DNA from: Candidatus Moraniibacteriota bacterium
GTDB taxonomy: Bacteria; Patescibacteriota; Minisyncoccia; Moranbacterales; GWC2-37-73
Length of the DNA: 51,362 nucleotides
Direction: 5' to 3'
NCBI GenBank assembly: GCA_028715015.1
Contig: JAQTLF010000003.1
Span: 1-51,362, forward strand
Positions within the stretch are counted from its first letter, which is position 1. The number at the start of each line of letters is the position of its first letter. Positions 9,176 through 17,020 of the stretch are shown in pieces. Both the position numbers and the translations under genes were made by a program. Below the pieces are notes generated by a model. It did no database searches, had not been told where the DNA came from, and saw only the letters and a list, made by a program, of their open reading frames with translations.

Positions 9176-9958
9176 ATGAAAACAATAAAAAGAAAAATTA
9201 ATTCTCCTAAGGGTGAGATTGTAATTGTGATCCACAGCCCCAAAAGAGAAAGTGAAAAACTGGCAATTCTGTGCCCAGGATTTTTGGATTCAAAAGATTA
9301 CAAGCATTTGGTATATTTGGCCGATGCTCTCTGTGAAAAGGGTTATACTGCCGTTAGATTTGATCCAAGTGGAACCTGGGAAAGCGTTGGGGATATTTCT
9401 GAATACACCACGACGCAATATCTTGAGAATATCAAAACAGTTTTAGAATATATGCTGAGAAAAAATGATTACAAGGATATTTTGGTTGGAGGGCATAGTA
9501 GAGGTGGAAGAATGGCTTTACTTTATGCAGCTAGAGACAATAGGATTACAAAAATAATTGGCATAATGGCTTCTTGGGGGTTTCTTGAAAGTAAAGAAAG
9601 GGAAGATTGGAAAATGTCGGGCGTAAAAATTTCCAGCAGGGATTTACCAAGCAGCACAAGAAGAAAGAATAAATTTTATATTCCCTTTTCTCATATTTTG
9701 GATTTGGAAAAATACGATGTAATTGATGATATTTCAAAGATAAAAGCGCCTGTGGTTTTGATTGCTGGAGAATTGGATGATGTGGTATCAGTAGAAGATG
9801 TGCGAAAGCTATACGAAAATGCTAATGAGCCAAAATCTATAACTATTATTCCAGGGATAGAGCATGATTATCGTCGCAGCGAAGAAGAAATTTTAATTGT
9901 AAATAAAGCAATATTGGAACAACTAAATCTGATTAATAAACAATATGGAAAACATTGA
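9176..9958 (+). CDS. alpha/beta-fold hydrolase
   Basis: Nucleophile elbow GGHSRGG (GxSxG). C-terminal GELDD and HDY are consistent with an Asp/His triad. ATG at 9176 is preferred over the GTG at 9125, which overlaps the upstream gene. Confidence 0.7.
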   Translation: MKTIKRKINSPKGEIVIVIHSPKRESEKLAILCPGFLDSKDYKHLVYLADALCEKGYTAVRFDPSGTWESVGDISEYTTTQYLENIKTVLEYMLRKNDYKDILVGGHSRGGRMALLYAARDNRITKIIGIMASWGFLESKEREDWKMSGVKISSRDLPSSTRRKNKFYIPFSHILDLEKYDVIDDISKIKAPVVLIAGELDDVVSVEDVRKLYENANEPKSITIIPGIEHDYRRSEEEILIVNKAILEQLNLINKQYGKH

Positions 9959-10199
9959 AAAGGAAATTGAAATCATTAAGAAAAGAAATCGTGGCGTGGA
10001 GATGGATAAGGCATGGGAAACAAGTTGGACACGCAGAATTTTTATTGCAGCAATCACATATGGTGTCGCATTTCTTTGGATGCACACGATTGGAGAATCA
10101 TTGGTGTTTTTGAAAGCCTGCATCCCGACTGGCGGATATCTTCTTTCAACTCTCTCACTTCCTTTTGTAAAAAATATTTGGATTGCAAGAAAACAGTAA
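9945..10199 (+). CDS. small membrane protein
   Basis: 84 aa. Charged N-terminus (KKRNRGVEMDKAWE) followed by two hydrophobic segments. 14-nt overlap with the hydrolase gene. Confidence 0.5.
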   Translation: MENIEKEIEIIKKRNRGVEMDKAWETSWTRRIFIAAITYGVAFLWMHTIGESLVFLKACIPTGGYLLSTLSLPFVKNIWIARKQ

Positions 10200-10281
10200 T
10201 TAGAAACAAAAACATTGTACAGCTTCATACCTCATTCGTACATACAATGCTTTAATTGCATGTGTCCAACATGTAATAATT

Positions 10282-10311
10282 CCATTACAATATTTCAGTA
10301 TATTGTAATGG
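10282..10311. promoter_or_regulatory. perfect palindrome (12-bp arms, 6-nt centre), candidate operator upstream of the yerC-like gene
   Basis: CCATTACAATAT-ttcagt-ATATTGTAATGG, ending 44 nt before the ATG at 10356. The 26-nt core is repeated exactly at 10798-10823. Confidence 0.6.
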
Positions 10312-10355
10312 GCGGGATGCGAGTTTGTGTTATAATGAAAGAATAAAAAAGATAT

Positions 10356-10769
10356 ATGGCAAAAATAAAACCACATCAAATTGAGCCAAAACAAAAATAT
10401 ATCGCCATCGATAATCTTTTTGAAGTAATCTCTGCATTGAAAACAAAAAAAGAAATCGTTGATTTTTTCTTGGGATTGTTTAGTTCCAGTGAATCTTTGA
10501 TGCTTGCTCGCAGGATTCAAATTGCAAAATTGCTTTTGAATGGGGAAAATTATGAGAATATCAGAAAGAAACTGGGTGTAGGTAATAGCACAATTCAAAA
10601 AACAGATTTATGGCTTCATGGGGGAGATGAAAAGAGCACCATCTGGCTCTCTGCAACAATTAAGCGAGCCGACAAAAATGTTGTCACAAAGAGTAATAAT
10701 TATAATCATGAAAGTTTGTTAAATAAATATCCGTATCATCGTTTCATTAATAAAATTTTTAATGATTGA
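10356..10769 (+). CDS. TrpR-like DNA-binding protein, YerC/YecD family
   Basis: 137 aa. LFEVISALKTKKEIVDFFLGLFSSSESLMLARRIQIAKLL..GENYENIRKKLGVGNSTI matches the YerC/YecD TrpR-related helix-turn-helix pattern. Confidence 0.7.
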   Translation: MAKIKPHQIEPKQKYIAIDNLFEVISALKTKKEIVDFFLGLFSSSESLMLARRIQIAKLLLNGENYENIRKKLGVGNSTIQKTDLWLHGGDEKSTIWLSATIKRADKNVVTKSNNYNHESLLNKYPYHRFINKIFND

Positions 10770-10797
10770 TGTAACCTAAAATTTTAAAAGGTAGTAT

Positions 10798-10823
10798 ATT
10801 ACAATATTTCAGTATATTGTAAT
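10798..10823. promoter_or_regulatory. second copy of the 26-nt palindrome, upstream of the HAD hydrolase gene
   Basis: ATTACAATATTTCAGTATATTGTAAT is identical to 10284-10309. It ends 52 nt before the ATG at 10876. Confidence 0.6.
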
Positions 10824-10875
10824 AGAAATAATGTTTTTTGTTTTAATGTTGTGATATGTAACTGACAATAAAAAT

Positions 10876-11541
10876 ATGGAAATAGATAAAATCAAGGCGA
10901 TTATATTTGATATGGATGGGGTTATTGTCGAATCTGAACCAATACATGAAAAGGCGGAAATGGAAGTTTGTCGACAGTTTGGCATGGAGGTTGATAAAAA
11001 GGAATGGGACAACTTTCGTGGGAAAAAATTGGAAGACATTTTTTCCTATGCCAGCAAGAAATATGGTACGGGAAATGAACCAATTGAGGAAATGATCATA
11101 CGTAAGATACAGTTGTATCTTACGTATGCATTGAATGAAATGAATCTTGTTGACGGTGTGCGCGAATTTTTGGAAGAGCTTAAAAACAATGGAAAATATG
11201 ATTATGCTTTGACAACATCGGGCAGAAAAATTCAACAAGAACAAATTCTTTCAAAGTTCAACCTTGCTGATTATTTTGAAATAGTTGTGGCTTCTGATGA
11301 CGTGAAAAATGGAAAACCTCATCCTGAACCCTATGAAATTACAGTGAGAAAACTTGGCGAGCAACCTGCAAATTGTTTGGTCATTGAGGATTCGGACAAT
11401 GGTGTCATTTCGGCCAAAGCTGCCGGATGCCAAGTGTGCGGGATAACAACGACATTTGGTCGTGACAGACTTGAATTGGCAGGTGCTGACATTGTCGTTG
11501 CTGATTTTTTTGAACTATCAAAAATATTTTTTGAAAAATAA
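10876..11541 (+). CDS. HAD-superfamily hydrolase (beta-phosphoglucomutase/phosphatase-like, subfamily IA)
   Basis: Motif I FDMDGVIVES, motif II TTSG, and motif III/IV K...EDSDNG. Confidence 0.8.
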   Translation: MEIDKIKAIIFDMDGVIVESEPIHEKAEMEVCRQFGMEVDKKEWDNFRGKKLEDIFSYASKKYGTGNEPIEEMIIRKIQLYLTYALNEMNLVDGVREFLEELKNNGKYDYALTTSGRKIQQEQILSKFNLADYFEIVVASDDVKNGKPHPEPYEITVRKLGEQPANCLVIEDSDNGVISAKAAGCQVCGITTTFGRDRLELAGADIVVADFFELSKIFFEK

Positions 11542-11556
11542 TTAAACATACGAATT

Positions 11557-11757
11557 ATGGTTTCATATAATTTCACAAAACAAAGGAAAAAGATTTATCA
11601 GCTGCATGTTCAGGGCATGCATTTTGGAGATATTGCCAAGGAGGTCAAAATGTCGGTTTTCAAAGTGAGTCAGGTTATAAAAAGAATTGAAGAAAAAGTT
11701 CCCAAGCAGGATTTGGAAAAATTTAAAACCCAATTTTCTTCTCAAAAACATTTATAG
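11557..11757 (+). CDS. small helix-turn-helix protein (sigma-70 region 4/LuxR-like)
   Basis: 66 aa. GMHFGDIAKEVKMSVFKVSQVIKRI resembles an HTH. It lies 8 nt upstream of the HEXXH gene. Confidence 0.5.
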   Translation: MVSYNFTKQRKKIYQLHVQGMHFGDIAKEVKMSVFKVSQVIKRIEEKVPKQDLEKFKTQFSSQKHL

Positions 11758-11765
11758 ATAAAAAT

Positions 11766-12922
11766 ATGAAAAAAGAATTTGAATTTCCATTTCATCGAAC
11801 AATTGGCGGGTCAGAAGAACAACACCAAGAAATTAAAAAGCAATGGCATGAATCAGTTGGTGAGATTTGGGATTTTAAAAGGAAAGATATTTCCAAATAT
11901 GAACAAAAAATCACTCCGGAAGATCAGGAAATTATGGAAGACGTACAAACATATGTGCATGAAATTGCGCTTAAATATGGCGGTGATCCAAAAATACTTC
12001 CCAAAGAAAGCATGTTTGTCTTAAGACTAGATAGCTTGTCCGAGATTTCAAATGGTGAGATTGAAAACGGATGTTGCAATTATTTTGACAGGATAATTGC
12101 AGTTGAATGGGGATCTTCCAAAATTCGTTCGGCGGCAATTTTGGCGCATGAAATGTTTCATTTGGAAAGTTTTTCTTCATTGAGAATGAATCAAGAAAAG
12201 AATAAAGTTTTGCCATATCGTATGGGAATTTCTTTGCACAGCAAGGACAAAAAACGATATATTTTCAAAGTGTTGAAGAGGCTTTAGTATCTGAACTGGT
12301 CAATGAACTTGTTGAAAAATATTTGCGCAATGATAAACGATTTACAACTGAATTTACGCAAATTGATTTAATAAAAAAATGGATAGCAAGAGCTGCTATT
12401 GAAAACGGGCATTCAGAAAAAGATGTTAAGGAATATTTGAATGAATTTCTCTCTTTTTCAAATACGAAAGATTTACTCGCAATGATTGAAAGTGATTATG
12501 ATGATGAATATAAGATTGGCTATGTATCGGAATATGTTAAGGGCATGATTGAAGATAAAGAAGCATTTTTCAGAGAACGAAAAGAGGAGCGAATAAGGCT
12601 TGATTTGTTTATTGATAAGATTCTTGAATCATCTGAAGGTTTGTTTAAAAACAAACATGAAGTCCTGGAAGTTTTTTTGCGAGCGCAACTTTCTGGAAGA
12701 TTGCTTCCATTGGCGCGAATGATTGAAAAATCATTTGGAAACGGAAGTTTTCGTGATGTTGCGAAGGAATTTGCGCAATTCAAAGATCCACAACAGGAAG
12801 CAGAATATTGGCTGATGAAAAAAAGACAAAAAGAAAAAAATGATTTGGAACAAAGACAACGCGAACGAATTGGAAAACTTGAAGAAATGGAAAAAGAAGG
12901 GAAGTTATATGTGCATGAATAA
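11766..12922 (+). pseudogene. HEXXH (zincin-like) protein gene split by a -1 frame change at an A6 run
   Basis: Frame 0 ORF 11766-12287 contains AILAHEMFH. The -1 frame is open from 12206 and continues to 12922. The two frames overlap across GACAAAAAACG (A-run 12249-12254). The joined product would read ...ISLHSKDKK/TIYFQSVEEALVSELV.... Confidence 0.65.
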
Positions 12923-13013
12923 AAAAAGAAACCGGTTTTTTGAAAAATATTCTTAGTTGCGGTGTAGTATACAAAGATATCTTAGTTTGGCGTAATTTTT
13001 TAAAAACAATCTT

Positions 13014-13187
13014 ATGGAAAGGATCAAGGTTGAGCAGCATGGTTTTACGGCGTTTTCTTGGTTTGCGGGGTGGCTTTTCACCATCGGTTTTTTGCATCTT
13101 GATTTTTTCTGGCAAGGCGTTTGGGCAATTGTGCTTTGGCCATATTACATAGGCTTGGCCGTGAGTGGAATGGTCCAGGTCAGATAG
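13014..13187 (+). CDS. small hydrophobic protein (57 aa), below the ORF-track length cut-off
   Basis: ATG 13014 to TAG 13185-13187 gives MERIKVEQHGFTAFSWFAGWLFTIGFLHLDFFWQGVWAIVLWPYYIGLAVSGMVQVR. It has two aromatic-rich hydrophobic helices and is followed by a terminator at 13217. No clear SD. Confidence 0.45.
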   Translation: MERIKVEQHGFTAFSWFAGWLFTIGFLHLDFFWQGVWAIVLWPYYIGLAVSGMVQVR

Positions 13188-13216
13188 CGTTTTTGCACAA
13201 AAAAATAAATATTTTG

Positions 13217-13247
13217 AAAAATCACCGGGTAAAAGGTGATTTTTTTT
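13217..13247 (+). terminator. intrinsic terminator
   Basis: AAAATCACC-gggtaaaa-GGTGATTTT followed by a T-run. Confidence 0.65.
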
Positions 13248-13333
13248 CGAAAGAATCTTGTGGTGTTCGCGTATCAAATTATGTGCAAGAAAATTTCTTG
13301 TCTCGTTTGCATTAATTTTTTTAAAAATACTTT

Positions 13334-14179
13334 ATGCATACCAAAACAAAATTGAATAACAAGAATCTTTTAAAAAGAGTTGTCGCAACGACAGCCCTTT
13401 CAATTTTTTCAGTGTCAATTTTGGCACCGATATCAAAAGCTCAAGTCGTGTCTCAATCACCAATAATGCCAGTGTTTGCGCCAATTTCTGATCAGAGCGT
13501 GACAGTCGGGCAAACTTTGACTTTCACGGTCACTGCTCAAAATCCAGATGGCACACCTTTGGTTTATGTTGCATATGGCGCTGATTTGCTTGGCGGCGCA
13601 ACATTTGATGCAAATTCAGGGACATATTCATGGACACCTTCTGCACAAGATATTGGAAATCACACCATAAACATATACGCATCTGACGGTTATTATGCTA
13701 TCAGCATGCCGGTTAATATTATGGTCAATGCTGCTGTGGATCCAGCACCGACACCAACACCTGCACCAGATCCAACACCGACACCAACACCTGCACCAGA
13801 TCCAACACCGACACCAACACCTGCACCAGATCCAACACCGACACCAACACCTGCACCAGATCCAACACCGATTCCAACACCCGCACCAGATCCAACACCG
13901 ATTCCGACACCAACACCCGCACCAGATCCAACACCGATTCCGACACCAACACCTGCACCAGATCCAACACCAATTCCAACACCCGCGCCGGATCCGACAC
14001 CTGCTCCAAAACCAACACCAAAACCATCTCATGAAAAGCAGTCCACTCAAAGAACTGATTCTGCCTCAAAAAGAATCGAATCAGAAAAAAGCAGCGAAAA
14101 CAATTCAAAAAAGCCAACAGAAAACAAGTCAGAATCTTCAAAAAAACCACAGCAAAGTGGCAGTGAAACTGAGAGATAA
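13334..14179 (+). CDS. secreted/surface protein with an Ig-like (cadherin-like) domain and a Pro/Thr-rich tandem-repeat linker
   Basis: Signal-like N-terminus ([23 protein letters not shown]). The segment [18 protein letters not shown]...[25 protein letters not shown] resembles a putative Ig domain. It is followed by about ten APDPTP(T/I)PTP repeats and a K/S/E-rich tail. Confidence 0.75.
   Translation: MHTKTKLNNKNLLKRVVATTALSIFSVSILAPISKAQVVSQSPIMPVFAPISDQSVTVGQTLTFTVTAQNPDGTPLVYVAYGADLLGGATFDANSGTYSWTPSAQDIGNHTINIYASDGYYAISMPVNIMVNAAVDPAPTPTPAPDPTPTPTPAPDPTPTPTPAPDPTPTPTPAPDPTPIPTPAPDPTPIPTPTPAPDPTPIPTPTPAPDPTPIPTPAPDPTPAPKPTPKPSHEKQSTQRTDSASKRIESEKSSENNSKKPTENKSESSKKPQQSGSETER
13741..14010 (+). 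repeat. 30-bp tandem repeat (with 24-36 bp variants) encoding the PT-rich linker
   Basis: The unit TCCAACACCGACACCAACACCTGCACCAGA is repeated head-to-tail. Three identical copies lie at 13771-13860, preceded by a near-identical copy at 13741, and later copies diverge (ATTCC variants). Confidence 0.9.
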
Positions 14180-14213
14180 TCACTTTGAATCTGGCTGCAA
14201 ATTGAAAAAACAA

Positions 14214-14245
14214 AAACAAACCACACCTCGTGGTTTGTTTTTTGT
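14214..14245 (+). terminator. intrinsic terminator after the PT-repeat gene
   Basis: AAACCAC-acctc-GTGGTTT followed by GTTTTTTG. Confidence 0.6.
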
Positions 14246-14313
14246 ACTTTTCTTGTTTTTTGATTGTATATATTTTACACGGGGAATATTTTAACTGGAG
14301 GAGGTGAATTTAT

Positions 14314-14670
14314 ATGAAAACAAACAAATCAAAAGTTGCTGGTAGTATAAGCCTCATTGCTGGGCTCTGGTTGGCTTTGTCCGCTCTCTTTATGGGCTTT
14401 GGCTTGATCAGTAATGCCTTTATTGTAGGTGCCTTGATTGCGATTGCTGGCGTGATTGAGCTGAATAGCGTGGAAGCAACCACATCTGTCAGTTGGATTA
14501 ATGGCATCTTGGGCGCTTGGCTCCTTGTTTCTCCAATGTTTCTTGCAGGATTGACCATGAGTGCGACCTGGAACAGTGTCATTCTTGGATTGATAGTTCT
14601 GGGAACTGCCGTCTATGGAGGATCATCCTCATCCTCGTCGATTGGCATGGGTCATCCAAAAATGGGCTAA
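14314..14670 (+). CDS. integral membrane protein, SPW-repeat-like
   Basis: 118 aa with four hydrophobic helices and a WLLVSPMF motif resembling the SPW repeat. Strong SD GGAGGAGGTG upstream. Confidence 0.6.
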   Translation: MKTNKSKVAGSISLIAGLWLALSALFMGFGLISNAFIVGALIAIAGVIELNSVEATTSVSWINGILGAWLLVSPMFLAGLTMSATWNSVILGLIVLGTAVYGGSSSSSSIGMGHPKMG

Positions 14671-14702
14671 CAAGCGAATGACCACAGACCCTAAAGGCTT
14701 GA

Positions 14703-14735
14703 AGAAAAAGATCGAAAGACCTTTTTCTTTTGTTT
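14703..14735 (+). terminator. intrinsic terminator
   Basis: AGAAAAAG-atcgaaagac-CTTTTTCT followed by TTTGTTT. Confidence 0.55.
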
Positions 14736-14840
14736 AAGTGTTGCTTTTTTTGTCAATTATGAGTATTATTATGGCAAATATGATTTTTGGCGAAGCAATG
14801 GTTGTTAACAGACAAATCAATTCTCAAAGGGGGTTGAACC

Positions 14841-14978
14841 ATGGACACGGACAATAACACTGTTGTCACCATCATCGGAATCATTATTCTTACAGCTGTT
14901 GTTTTTGTTCTCATCGCTCCTGCTCTTTTTGAGGGAAGGCGGATTCCGCCAAAACAGAATGGCAAAACAGCGCCATAA
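14841..14978 (+). CDS. small single-pass membrane protein (45 aa), below the ORF-track cut-off
   Basis: SD AAAGGGGG lies 7 nt before ATG 14841. Product MDTDNNTVVTIIGIIILTAVVFVLIAPALFEGRRIPPKQNGKTAP. TAA at 14976-14978. Hairpin terminator at 14998. Confidence 0.5.
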   Translation: MDTDNNTVVTIIGIIILTAVVFVLIAPALFEGRRIPPKQNGKTAP

Positions 14979-14997
14979 TAGAAAAGCATTCAGATTT

Positions 14998-15037
14998 ATG
15001 CGCCACAACCCATATGAGTCGTGGCGCATTTATTATT
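14998..15037 (+). terminator. hairpin terminator
   Basis: ATGCGCCAC-N14-GTGGCGCAT followed by TTATTATTT. Confidence 0.55.
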
Positions 15038-15073
15038 TACAATGAGTAAAAATGATGCTATTATTTGGTGTAT

Positions 15074-16198
15074 ATGAGCACAGACAGAGCAAAAAAACGA
15101 GTGATTGTGGGCATGAGCGCCGGAGTTGATTCTTCTGTGGCAGCTGCACTTTTGAAAGAACAAGGCTTCGATGTCGTGGGGGTTTTTTTGCATTTTTGGA
15201 AAGAACCGGGACAAGATGAGCTGCGAGAAAACAAATGCTGTTCAATCGAATCCCAGCAGGATGCCAGAAAAGTGGCGCAGATTTTGGACATCCCACTCTA
15301 CACAGTCAATGCTGCCAAAGAATTCAAGAAAGAAGTGGTGGATTATTTTCTAGAAGAGACCAAAAATGGTCGCACACCCAACCCTTGTGTTGTTTGCAAC
15401 GAAAGAATAAAGTTCAATTTTCTGTTCAAAAAAATGTTGGAAATGGATGCGGACTTTGTGGCCACTGGTCACTATGCGGAAATAAAAGACATTGATGGAA
15501 AACATCATTTGTACACTTCCAGCGATGAAGAAAAAGATCAGACATATTTTTTGTATTCATTGAATCAAAATCAATTGGGCAGAATTTTGTTCCCGGTCGG
15601 AAAATACAAAAAACCAGCCATCAGAAAAATTGCCGAAAAAATCGGTTTGCCAGTTTTTGACAAAGAAGATTCCCAGGGTCTTTGCTTCACGCCGGAAAAA
15701 ACTCCGACAAAATTCATCAAGCGCAACCTCACTTTGTCATCGGGAGACATTGTCACGACTGAAGGAAAAAAGATCGGCACACATGACGGTTTGGAAATAT
15801 ATACCATCGGACAGCGCAAGGGAATCAACATCGGTGGCAACGGCCCATATTTCGTGGTTGATAGGGATTTTGAAAAAAACCAACTGATCGTGACCAATAA
15901 CGAGGAAGATGAAAAGATTTTCAAAAAAACAATGTTGGTCGAATTGAAAAACTGGATCGCCAGCGAGCCGAAATTGCCGTTTGATGTCAATGTGAAAATC
16001 CGCTATAGACATCCACTTGTGCGTTGCACAATAACTAAGCAAGATACAAGATACAAGATACAAGATACAAACAGAAAAGAAGTAAATTTTATTTACGAAG
16101 TTGAATTTTTGGAAAGACAAAAGGCGGTGACGCCAGGGCAATCAGCAGTTTTCTATGCAGATGACAATGAAGTGTTGGGAGGCGGAACAATTCTCTAG
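15074..16198 (+). CDS. mnmA: tRNA-specific 2-thiouridylase MnmA
   Basis: PP-loop VGMSAGVDSSVAA, NPCVVCN, DQTYFL, and C-terminal AVTPGQSAVFY...LGGGTI. ATG at 15074 is preferred over the TTG at 15065. Confidence 0.92.
   Translation: MSTDRAKKRVIVGMSAGVDSSVAAALLKEQGFDVVGVFLHFWKEPGQDELRENKCCSIESQQDARKVAQILDIPLYTVNAAKEFKKEVVDYFLEETKNGRTPNPCVVCNERIKFNFLFKKMLEMDADFVATGHYAEIKDIDGKHHLYTSSDEEKDQTYFLYSLNQNQLGRILFPVGKYKKPAIRKIAEKIGLPVFDKEDSQGLCFTPEKTPTKFIKRNLTLSSGDIVTTEGKKIGTHDGLEIYTIGQRKGINIGGNGPYFVVDRDFEKNQLIVTNNEEDEKIFKKTMLVELKNWIASEPKLPFDVNVKIRYRHPLVRCTITKQDTRYKIQDTNRKEVNFIYEVEFLERQKAVTPGQSAVFYADDNEVLGGGTIL
16040..16070 (+). repeat. heptanucleotide tandem repeat (CAAGATA x4.4) inside the mnmA coding sequence
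   Basis: The sequence aagCAAGATACAAGATACAAGATACAAGATACAAacag encodes ..KQDTRYKIQDTN... Confidence 0.9.
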
Positions 16199-16328
16199 CT
16201 TATCAGCTTGTCAGGTTTTAGCTTTTTAGAAAACGTAAAAAAGTTTACAATAGATAACAGAATAAGTGTTGAAAAATAATTATTTTATTTTGGCTGATAG
16301 CTAAGAAGCTAATGCCTAAAAAGCTATT
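16199..16328. repeat. AGCT-word imperfect palindromic intergenic element
   Basis: The arms GCTTATCAGCTTGTCAGGTTTTAGCTTTTTAG (16199-) and GGCTGATAGCTAAGAAGCTAATGCCTAAAAAGCT (-16328) are built from the same words as the elements at 21959, 23763 and 51151. Confidence 0.6.
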
Positions 16329-16589
16329 ATGCAAATGGATCCGGAACTTTTGGCACAAAGAAAAAAGATGCAGATGGAAATCATGCTGAAGGACAGCGAC
16401 ATGAAAAAAAATGAGCGCGAGAGGATGCAGGCGGAAATTGCCATGAGAGAAATCCAGCACAAACAAACGCAACTGCAAACGGAATATGCAATGCAAGACA
16501 ATCGTTTGAAAAAACTTATCAGCGAGCATGTCCAATTGCAGGCAGAACTGATAAAATTAAAACATCAAATGAATAATTTAGGACGATAA
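16329..16589 (+). CDS. small coiled-coil protein
   Basis: 86 aa, rich in Q/E/K/M with a heptad-like pattern. No other motif. Confidence 0.5.
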   Translation: MQMDPELLAQRKKMQMEIMLKDSDMKKNERERMQAEIAMREIQHKQTQLQTEYAMQDNRLKKLISEHVQLQAELIKLKHQMNNLGR

Positions 16590-16651
16590 CGTATAAACAT
16601 TTAAACATACAAACATACAAACATATAAACATATAATATATAATATATAAC
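16590..16651. repeat. low-complexity word repeat (AACATA/AACATATA/ATATATA)
   Basis: The sequence is cgtataaacatttaaacatacaaacatacaaacatataaacatataatatataatatataac. Confidence 0.8.
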
Positions 16652-16659
16652 AAAAAAGT

Positions 16660-16905
16660 ATGATTTATTTAAAAGATTTTATGCGGAAAATGGAAAAAGA
16701 GAAAAAAGAAATAGATAAAGATTTTAAATTTCTTGATAGAACAAAGGATCAAATCAGGGATGTTGAAAGAGAAATGGAGAAGAACCGTAAAGAATTAAAT
16801 CCTGTCTTGATTATTGATGAATTAAAAAAAATACAAGAATTGCCCAAAAAGCTTGAAGATGATGATTGGGAAAAAATAGAACAAGAAATTAAAAAAATGA
16901 ACTAA
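16660..16905 (+). CDS. small coiled-coil protein
   Basis: 81 aa, K/E/D-rich, predicted helical. Confidence 0.5.
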   Translation: MIYLKDFMRKMEKEKKEIDKDFKFLDRTKDQIRDVEREMEKNRKELNPVLIIDELKKIQELPKKLEDDDWEKIEQEIKKMN

Positions 16906-17013
16906 TCGCATAACGCAAAACGCATAACACATAACACAAAACGTAAAATGCATAACAACCTGGACGAATTTTCGTGAATCTAAATGTTCCACGTTCTACG
17001 CTCCACGCTACGA
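16906..17013. repeat. low-complexity word repeats (CATAAC/ACGC, then CCACG/CTACG)
   Basis: The first block is tcgcataacgcaaaacgcataacacataacacaaaacgtaaaatgcataaca. It is followed by ttccacgttctacgctccacgctacgag just upstream of alaS. Confidence 0.75.
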
Positions 17014-17020
17014 GACCATA

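Noticed and set aside
12780-13277. 165-aa minus-strand ORF and 70-aa plus-strand ORF (12940-13152) in the spacer after the HEXXH gene
   Set aside because: The minus-strand ORF overlaps the end of the HEXXH gene and has a low-complexity K/F-rich translation. The 57-aa frame at 13014-13187, which has a terminator, explains the region better.
13628-14294. Regularly spaced repeats considered as a possible CRISPR array; alternative-frame ORFs rich in His/Gln or Cys/Trp (13695-14294, 13628-14050, 13725-14219)
   Set aside because: The units are contiguous 30-bp tandem copies with no unique spacers. They lie in frame within a signal-peptide protein, where they encode a PT-rich linker. The other frames are artefacts of the repeat.
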